Shown: piece by piece, positions 23,335 through 29,720 of the stretch
Numbering within the stretch: the first letter of the stretch is position 1
Layout: the number at the start of each line of letters is the position of its first letter
IMG/VR virus record: IMGVR_UViG_3300010286_000007
Coordinates: 1-29,720 of that record
DNA from: a virus
Lineage: Duplodnaviria > Caudoviricetes
DNA length: 29,720 nt
Strand: one strand, 5' to 3'
Program-made: the position numbers and the translations under genes
Notes under the pieces: generated by a model
What the model was told of the DNA's origin: nothing
What the model saw: the letters and a program-made list of their open reading frames with translations, nothing else
The model's database searches: none

Positions 23335-25320
23335 TTAATAGGCTCTTGCTGCTTGCTGTGCTCTTTTTTGCATTTGAGCATATTTGATAAGATCGTCTAC
23401 TTGCGATATATCTACATTGAAAACAAAGGTATCTCCTTTCCCGGCATTCCCTCTGCTGTATTCTTCATTTTCCTTTTTTGTTAGCACTCTTTCCCCTTTA
23501 TGCAATTCCGCTCGGTAACCGTCAAAAGGAACGTAGTCTAATCCACTTGCATGGCTTCCATGCACTGCATAACGAGGAAGTTCAGGTTCTTTTAATTTTG
23601 GCGGTTGAAGATTAGATATACTATTACCAATACTAGTTATTGACGATTGTAAGTCTTTGCTTCTTCCCATAATTACTGCGATAATCGCACCTAATGCTAT
23701 TAATGCTGCTACAACTAACATTATTGTTGCCACAGTTTTCATCATTGCAGGGTTCATTGTACCAATTAGGCTTGTGATATTATTTATACTCGTTGCTATG
23801 CTCCCTGCTGTTTTTAACATAGTTCCCATCACCATTCCTACGGTCCCTGCAATTACAATAAATTGTAAAAGTCCAGGGTTTATACTCCCGATCAATGTTG
23901 CAATCGGAGTTAATATATTTAAGATGCCTTCTACGAGAGGTAGAAGATTTTGCCCTGCCTTTTCCGCACTGTTTTTAATTCTTTGCATTGTTTGTTGCCA
24001 ACTATAAGATGTTGTATCTGCCATTTTACCAAATGCTTCTTCTGTTGCGCCTGTCGCATTTTGCACCTCTTGCATTGCCTGTTTAAATTGCTTACTTCCT
24101 TGTGTACTGGTTAATGCCAAAACACTATTTAAAGCTTCAACACTTCCAAACAGTATACTCATTTGCTCTGTATTACCTTTTGTTTTCCTTTGAACATCCT
24201 CTAAAAACCTTTCCCATCCTTTGCTTTGTAGAGCACTTGCAGAGAATTTTAGGCCTAATTCTTCTGCTAATTCAGATGCCTGTTGAGAAGGCTTAACAAT
24301 ATTTGATAGTGCTGCTTTTATACCTGTCATTGCTTGTGAGGTTTGAATTCCTTGTCTTGTTAATGCTGCAACTGAGCCAAATAGTTCTTCTGTACTCAGT
24401 CCTGCTTGATAGGCAAGAGGTGCAACCTGTCCTAAAGATTGTGCAAGTTGATCTATACTCGTCTTACCAAACTTTTGAGTAATAAACATCTGATCCGAAA
24501 TGTCTATAGCTTTTTCTGCAGATAATCCATAAGCATTAAGCATACTTGTCATTCCATCTATCGCTGTTGTAGTATCAGTGAATCCCCCTATAGCCACTTT
24601 TGTTGCAACACCTAAAACATTAATTGCATTTCCTGTTTCCACCCCTGCGCTAATAGTTTGATATAATGCCTCTGACAATTCTCCAGTGCTTTTCCCTGTT
24701 TGGTCAGACATAATGCGAATAGCATTTCCTAAATCTTCAATAGATACTTGGCTTTCGTCTGCAATAGTGCTTACTTTAGCCATTCCAGTTTCAAAATCCA
24801 TGGCTAATTTACTCATAACTCCTCCAGCTGCAACAATCGGAGCCGAAAACTTAATAAGCGCGTCTCCTGCACTATTTAGTTTACTGCCGACTTCTTTTGC
24901 AGACTCTCCAAAGCTCTTTATTTTTTCTTGTAACTGTGCTGTCTTGTCTGTCTGCTCTTCTAATTTTTTAGTGGTGTCATGCAAAGCAGTCTGCATTTGA
25001 GCAAGAGCCTTTTCAGCATTGTTATATTTGATTGCAAGATTTTGAGTCTCTTTTGCATTTTCGCCTTTTCCCCTTTTAGCTTGCTCATACTGTTCTTTTA
25101 GCTTCTGTACTTTCGCACTTTGCAACTCTATTTTTTTAGTTAAATTATCTTGCTTAGCTTGTAATTCTTGTGTAGTATCTCCGAACATCTTCGCCTGTGC
25201 TGAGATGTTCTTGAACTCACTATCTAAAACCCTCATTTGCCTGTTTATTTCGCTTATGCTTCCTGTAAATCCAGTGCTATCCATACCTACTTTAATTACT
25301 GTTTTAAATTCTTTTGCCAC
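23335..25320 (-). CDS. tape measure protein (TP901 family)
   Basis: Coiled-coil N-terminus, AMDFETGMAKVST, EALYQTISAG, hydrophobic segment, HASGLDYVPFDGYRAELHKGERVLT. Confidence 0.92.
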   Translation of the reverse strand: MAKEFKTVIKVGMDSTGFTGSISEINRQMRVLDSEFKNISAQAKMFGDTTQELQAKQDNLTKKIELQSAKVQKLKEQYEQAKRGKGENAKETQNLAIKYNNAEKALAQMQTALHDTTKKLEEQTDKTAQLQEKIKSFGESAKEVGSKLNSAGDALIKFSAPIVAAGGVMSKLAMDFETGMAKVSTIADESQVSIEDLGNAIRIMSDQTGKSTGELSEALYQTISAGVETGNAINVLGVATKVAIGGFTDTTTAIDGMTSMLNAYGLSAEKAIDISDQMFITQKFGKTSIDQLAQSLGQVAPLAYQAGLSTEELFGSVAALTRQGIQTSQAMTGIKAALSNIVKPSQQASELAEELGLKFSASALQSKGWERFLEDVQRKTKGNTEQMSILFGSVEALNSVLALTSTQGSKQFKQAMQEVQNATGATEEAFGKMADTTSYSWQQTMQRIKNSAEKAGQNLLPLVEGILNILTPIATLIGSINPGLLQFIVIAGTVGMVMGTMLKTAGSIATSINNITSLIGTMNPAMMKTVATIMLVVAALIALGAIIAVIMGRSKDLQSSITSIGNSISNLQPPKLKEPELPRYAVHGSHASGLDYVPFDGYRAELHKGERVLTKKENEEYSRGNAGKGDTFVFNVDISQVDDLIKYAQMQKRAQQAARAY

Positions 25321-25343
25321 GTTCTCACCTCGCTTCCGAGCAT

Positions 25344-25370
25344 AAAAATAAGCACTCTTTCGAGCACTTA
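25344..25370 (-). terminator. terminator-like hairpin before tape measure gene
   Basis: TAAGTGCTC-GAAA-GAGTGCTTA followed by TTTT. Confidence 0.6.
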
Positions 25371-25632
25371 GAAAAATGGTATATTGTCAATCGTTGTTTC
25401 AACTGTATTATTTTCGAATCCTTTTATATTTTCTTTTTCTGCTATTATTTCTTCTAAATATTTATCAATTAATGTAAATGTCTTAATTGGTGTTGATTTA
25501 AACCAGAACTCTTCTTCTGTTCTGCCTAATTTCACACAATATAAATAATATAGATGATCCCAATCTAGTTTATGATATTTTTCAGTATCTCCTGCGCCAT
25601 TTTCATAGTAGCTTTGTCCATCATTTTTTTTT
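25368..25632 (-). CDS. tail assembly chaperone GT extension via -1 frameshift
   Basis: A9 run at 25624-25632; -1 frame open: NDGQSYY...LDWDHLYYLYCVKLGRTEEEFWFKSTP...DNIPFF. Confidence 0.85.
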
Positions 25633-25957
25633 GATTTTCTTCCGGATAACCATAAAGGTTGTCTATTGCAAATTGAATTATTTCAAATAAAGTAGGAATA
25701 TCCATGTTTACTACAATCCTTTTCACATCATCAAACTTAACTGTTTCATCAACTGTTTTCATACCTGCATATATTAACTTGCATCCATTTTGATAAGGCT
25801 TTTTGAAGCTATTGAAGATAATACTCATGCTACCTTCTTCAAACTCTTCATCTAAAATTGCAACCGTATAATTTGTAAATTTTAAATCTTTTGTTTTACC
25901 ATCTTCAAATTCAAGAGACAGAGTCTGTATAGGCCTAGTTGCTATTTTCTTTTTCAT
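25565..25957 (-). CDS. tail assembly chaperone (gpG analog)
   Basis: Between major tail and tape measure genes; slippery site near the 3' end. Confidence 0.85.
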   Translation of the reverse strand: MKKKIATRPIQTLSLEFEDGKTKDLKFTNYTVAILDEEFEEGSMSIIFNSFKKPYQNGCKLIYAGMKTVDETVKFDDVKRIVVNMDIPTLFEIIQFAIDNLYGYPEENQKKMMDKATMKMAQEILKNIIN

Positions 25958-25981
25958 AATTCACACTCCTACATAAAAAGT

Positions 25982-26012
25982 AAAAAGGCTTAGATTGCAT
26001 CTAATCTAAGCC
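25982..26012 (-). terminator. terminator after major tail gene
   Basis: GGCTTAGATT-N6-AATCTAAGCC followed by TTTTT. Confidence 0.75.
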
Positions 26013-26578
26013 GTAAAAGAGCCATCATATACTTTTTGAAACCATTTTGTCTCAAGGTCTTCCGGAGCATTTTCGCTATCCTCATCTATTTTATGTCGCC
26101 AATTCCCATCTGCTCTTGCAACAAATTCAAACGGGATTTCCAACGATTTTGGCTCCTTTTTGTCTTTAATAGTTTCGTATTCTTCATTGAATATTTGCAT
26201 CTTGCCTAATAGCAACCATACAAAACGATATTTGCCATTAGCTTTTAAGGATTGAAACCCAAGTGCTATGTATGGTGGTTCGTTATGAATATTATCAGTT
26301 AAAACACCATTTTCATCAATTGCAATCCCTTTTAAAACAGCTTCTGTTTCTGTACTCATACCTTGCGTAGTTAATGTTACTGTGCAACCTTCAAATGAAT
26401 TGATTATATCAACCGCTCTATCATCTGCATAATACTTATCTGTACTTGTACTAGCACTGATTGTTATTTTTTGAAAGTCAGCAATCTTAACAGGCGAATC
26501 ATAAGTCACCGTTCCATCTTCTGCCACTGTTGCAATTGCATAATGTAAATTTTTAGCTCCTACTGTTGCTTGGCTCAT
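26006..26578 (-). CDS. major tail protein (phi13 family)
   Basis: VGAKNLHYA, YYADD, PPYIALGFQSLKANGKYRFVWLL. Confidence 0.92.
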   Translation of the reverse strand: MSQATVGAKNLHYAIATVAEDGTVTYDSPVKIADFQKITISASTSTDKYYADDRAVDIINSFEGCTVTLTTQGMSTETEAVLKGIAIDENGVLTDNIHNEPPYIALGFQSLKANGKYRFVWLLLGKMQIFNEEYETIKDKKEPKSLEIPFEFVARADGNWRHKIDEDSENAPEDLETKWFQKVYDGSFTA

Positions 26579-26580
26579 AC

Positions 26581-26910
26581 TTATTCCTCCTCACTTTCTT
26601 TTAAATAATTAAACCTAAGTACTTTATGAAAAATCTTCGTATCTTCCTCAAAATCGTCATATTCGCCGCTTCGGTAAAACTCAATTTCTCTCATTTTACT
26701 TTTTACTTGTTTAGCTAGTTCTGTATAGTCTTCTTTAGACCAGATATCTACTTGGCATACAATAGCTGTAGTAATTTCTTTATCATCTGCAAAATCTTTA
26801 CCACTTTCGGATATAAAAGAAAAAGTTAGGCTTGGAAAATTTTTTGGCCTTAATTGCCAGTAAACTTCATAGCCTAACTCTTTTAATTTGTTATATACTA
26901 AATCAATCAA
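26581..26910 (-). CDS. tail completion/terminator protein
   Basis: FADD, QVDIWSK, FEEDTKIFHKVLRF. Confidence 0.85.
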   Translation of the reverse strand: MIDLVYNKLKELGYEVYWQLRPKNFPSLTFSFISESGKDFADDKEITTAIVCQVDIWSKEDYTELAKQVKSKMREIEFYRSGEYDDFEEDTKIFHKVLRFNYLKESEEE

Positions 26911-26925
26911 TCTCTCCCACCTACT

Positions 26926-27327
26926 TTATAGGTCCAATTGTTTTTGTAATTCCTCATCAATTATTTTCTTAACTTCTTCAGACGTTTCTTCTAAGCTCTT
27001 TGTCATAAATTGATTGCCTTTCATTTTTGATGTCCCAAATTCAAGCCATTTCCACTTATATCCTGTTTTTTTGCCACCGTATATCTCTCTTACTTTGTCG
27101 CCATCTTCATCCTCTTTTAGACCACTTAATCGAACATCATCTGCCATATGAATATAATCCGGTTTATTTACATCACTTCTGCCAATATTCTTTTCTACTG
27201 CTGCTTTTATAACTTGTGCTGCTTTTAGAGTTGCTGTCTGTTCAACTTTTTCAATATCTTTACCCATTTTCTCAAGCTCATTTGTAATCTCACTAAAATC
27301 CCATTCAATATTAACTGTATCAGCCAT
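26926..27327 (-). CDS. HK97 gp10-family tail component
   Basis: HMADDV, WKWLEFGTSKMKGNQFM. Confidence 0.9.
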   Translation of the reverse strand: MADTVNIEWDFSEITNELEKMGKDIEKVEQTATLKAAQVIKAAVEKNIGRSDVNKPDYIHMADDVRLSGLKEDEDGDKVREIYGGKKTGYKWKWLEFGTSKMKGNQFMTKSLEETSEEVKKIIDEELQKQLDL

Positions 27328-27341
27328 GTGATCACCTCAAT

Positions 27342-27370
27342 AAAAAAAGAGTAGTTAATCCTACTCTTTT
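27342..27370 (-). terminator. terminator after moron gene
   Basis: AAAAGAGTAG-N6-CTACTCTTTT with T7 tract; includes the stop codon. Confidence 0.75.
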
Positions 27371-27918
27371 AACAGATCGCTAACCCAAAAAGTATAAGCT
27401 ACTTTTTTAATGCCATCAGTTGTTACAGTATCCCATTGTATTTTTTGAAAATCCTCTTTCATAATCGTAATAATTACTCCCACATCTTCGCCCTCGTTAC
27501 CATATGCATCAATCGTAGGAATAACCCATTGTACTGATATTCCATCTTGAGGCATATTCAAGAATTCTTCATCTTTAGTTAATTTATTCATAACCTGAAT
27601 GGTATTTCTAATAGCACCATTTACCATCCACTCATTAGTAAAATTTTCGTCTATGCGTAGAAATATTCTTTTAATATTATCTATATTATCTAAGTATGTT
27701 ACTCTATCTTTACCTGTGTTCGTTTTTCCTAATTCGTCTGTGAATGTAAAAACAATAAACTGATCCAAATTAAGTTTATCTCTCGAGAACTTGGATTTAT
27801 ACGACATTTCCAAGGCAATTAGGACTATGATTCCTATAATAAATAAGCCTATTAAAGCAAAAGCAATTTTTTTGAGTGTTTTTGTGGTATTTTCTAATCG
27901 TTCATTTTTCGCTTCCAT
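27361..27918 (-). CDS. moron: single-TM membrane-anchored protein
   Basis: KKIAFALIGLFIIGIIVLIAL TM; IDAYGN motif; upstream TATAAT and AGGGG RBS; interrupts conserved gene order. Confidence 0.75.
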   Translation of the reverse strand: MEAKNERLENTTKTLKKIAFALIGLFIIGIIVLIALEMSYKSKFSRDKLNLDQFIVFTFTDELGKTNTGKDRVTYLDNIDNIKRIFLRIDENFTNEWMVNGAIRNTIQVMNKLTKDEEFLNMPQDGISVQWVIPTIDAYGNEGEDVGVIITIMKEDFQKIQWDTVTTDGIKKVAYTFWVSDLLKE

Positions 27919-27999
27919 ATTTTCAACCCCTAACATATTTTTCTAATATTATACTATAATATGCTAGGTTTTTGTAGATTAATCTGAAAAATGCATTAA

Positions 28000-28329
28000 T
28001 TAATTACTAGTACTAATCATTTTACCCATAATCGCAAGCCATCTTATTTGTTTGTCTAACGGCACAGGTGGTGCAGTAATCTCATAAAAATTACCATCAA
28101 ACTTTACTCTCATATCCGCTGTAATATCTTTTCTGTACCGAATAATAAATCGTACTTCCTGCTCAGCGTTCACTGCTTTAGCAGCCCAAAACTCAGTGCC
28201 TTTGAGATATTCAACTTTTGCCCAAACTGTACAATGATTTTCGTATTCCGGATCTAAATCCGGTATGGGACCAGTTGTCTCTACTTTTTTCTGTATTTCT
28301 ATTCGATACTTCATGTCTCCAATATTCAT
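28000..28329 (-). CDS. head closure protein (SPP1 gp16-like)
   Basis: MNIGDMKYRIEIQ, VWAKV, FIIRYRKDITADMRV. Confidence 0.9.
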   Translation of the reverse strand: MNIGDMKYRIEIQKKVETTGPIPDLDPEYENHCTVWAKVEYLKGTEFWAAKAVNAEQEVRFIIRYRKDITADMRVKFDGNFYEITAPPVPLDKQIRWLAIMGKMISTSN

Positions 28330-28340
28330 AATTAATCACC

Positions 28341-28637
28341 TTATTTTGCAGGTAATAAGTTTGTACAATGCATTCCTAAAATTGTTTCAACGACTTTATT
28401 AAGATTGCTCTTGTCAACATACAGGCTTCGATTGTCGTACATATCTTGGCATAATAAATAAACAACAATTACAAAGTCTTCATGTGAATCTATTTCCGTA
28501 TCATCCAGCCCTGTATAAGACCGTATAAATGCCCTCGCTGTTGATATAAGGATTTCAATTTCTTTGTCTTGATACAAGCCTTCTTCAAGTTTTAAATAAT
28601 TAGCAACATCATTTGCTGTTATCTCGCTTACTTTCAT
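28341..28637 (-). CDS. head-tail connector (HK97 gp6-like)
   Basis: VANYLKL, ARAFIRSYTG, LCQDMYDNR; start revised to MKVSEI. Confidence 0.88.
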   Translation of the reverse strand: MKVSEITANDVANYLKLEEGLYQDKEIEILISTARAFIRSYTGLDDTEIDSHEDFVIVVYLLCQDMYDNRSLYVDKSNLNKVVETILGMHCTNLLPAK

Positions 28638-28794
28638 TCTTCTTACCACCTTTCGTGGCTTTTTCTTGCTGTACTTCTTCTATATATCCAGCTTGGAGAA
28701 GGTCTTGGAGTATAGCATTATCGCTACACTCCTTAATTTCTCCTTTATACATAGAAAAAGCACCAGAGAAACTTACTAGCGCCTTAATCTTCAT
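28609..28794 (-). CDS. small protein following the capsid gene
   Basis: MKIKALVSFSG...DLLQAGYIEEV; GGAGG RBS. Confidence 0.7.
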   Translation of the reverse strand: MKIKALVSFSGAFSMYKGEIKECSDNAILQDLLQAGYIEEVQQEKATKGGKKNESKRDNSK

Positions 28795-28804
28795 AGTTTA
28801 CCTC

Positions 28805-29720
28805 CTATGCTGACTTCATTACTAGCTTAGCAATCTTTTGAGCATTCTCTACTTTAGAATCCATTTCTAACCAACCTACTACTCCTACAGCGTGTTGGGT
28901 AGCGAATTTTTCTCTAAGTACTTCTATGTTCATTTCCTCAGACAACTTAACTGCTAAACCGCTAAAATCTCCATAATAAATTGCTGTTTTGCCGGCTTCC
29001 ATTCCTGGCATATTATCGGATACATAAACATCTTTCCCAAACAATGTATAACCCCATCTTGCAGTGGCATCTTTGTTTAGGATATAGTTACCATCATTAT
29101 CTTTTAATTTTCTAATTGCTGTTCTGGTAGCTTTGTTCATAATCCAAATAGCATTGGCCTGATATATGTCAGGGATAGATTCTTGTAAGTCGATAAGTTC
29201 ATCAGCAGTAATAGCATTCGAACTTGCAGCAGTTACGGTTTGCGTTACAGTACTAAGACCAGCAATCTTATTAGAAGTACCGTTTAGCAGCTCTCTTTCG
29301 ATCCATCGCGCAATAGACTCAGCCATTGCATCTATTACAAAGGGCACTATAGCAAATTGAGAATTATTAACTAAGGATTTTGAAACTTTAGTTAATACTC
29401 CAGCTAAAAATCCTTTTAGTTCTATGCTAGCAAATTTGCCTGAAGTTGATTCTAGTTCAGTGAATTCAGTTGCATAAGCCATTGTAATGCTTTGAGTTGA
29501 TTCATCATAATAAGGAATATTTAACGTTCCACCTACATTGTAACGAGTAGCAAGTTGATAAATTGGCGAAATGTCATAAACTTTCTTTATGATCTTGTTT
29601 GCTATTGATGATGGAATAACTGCTCCATTATCACCAGTAGTCATGTTGACATCTGCTCTTTCTTCAACAATTCCCCTAATATAGCACTCAAATGCTCTTT
29701 CTTCTGCTAATGCTCTTTCC
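28805..29720 (-). CDS. major capsid protein, HK97 fold (5' part outside window)
   Basis: GAVIPSSIA, VSKSLV, LLNGT, WIMN...IRKLKDNDGNYI, YGDFS; frame stays open to the window edge. Confidence 0.95.
   Translation of the reverse strand, partial: ERALAEERAFECYIRGIVEERADVNMTTGDNGAVIPSSIANKIIKKVYDISPIYQLATRYNVGGTLNIPYYDESTQSITMAYATEFTELESTSGKFASIELKGFLAGVLTKVSKSLVNNSQFAIVPFVIDAMAESIARWIERELLNGTSNKIAGLSTVTQTVTAASSNAITADELIDLQESIPDIYQANAIWIMNKATRTAIRKLKDNDGNYILNKDATARWGYTLFGKDVYVSDNMPGMEAGKTAIYYGDFSGLAVKLSEEMNIEVLREKFATQHAVGVVGWLEMDSKVENAQKIAKLVMKSA

Noticed and set aside
673-29360. Antisense ORFs in the track (e.g. 3874-4215, 8555-8881, 12972-13325, 14126-14311, 23657-24007)
   Set aside because: They overlap well-supported genes or promoters on the opposite strand and show no recognisable motifs

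Overview
The window is about 30 kb of a low-GC temperate siphovirus with an HK97-type capsid, probably infecting Clostridia (Bacillota). It is in the excised/virion arrangement: an intact attP (3' half of tRNA-Arg(UCG) with integrase arm repeats on both sides) lies mid-window. From left to right: partial HNH gene and late promoter; ArpU/RinA-type activator; nin-like accessory genes (MazG-like, DNA methyltransferase, HNHc, RusA); DnaB helicase, replication initiator with internal iterons, ERF and Gam; Spo0E-like, truncated Rha, BRO-ANT, Xis-like and Cro; divergent CI and tyrosine integrase; attP; a small gene with a LexA-box promoter; a self-contained six-gene operon; lysis, tail and head-tail genes; a partial major capsid gene. 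Two candidates stand out. (1) The 14283-16570 operon has anti-CRISPR/anti-defence (acr-aca-like) architecture: a palindrome-covered promoter, small orphan proteins including a Zn-ribbon fused to a Csx20/Csx16-like domain, and a terminal RHH regulator. (2) A possible induction circuit pairs a non-self-cleaving CI with a LexA-controlled 63-aa gene abutting attP. All family calls are by-eye motif recognition; no searches were run.
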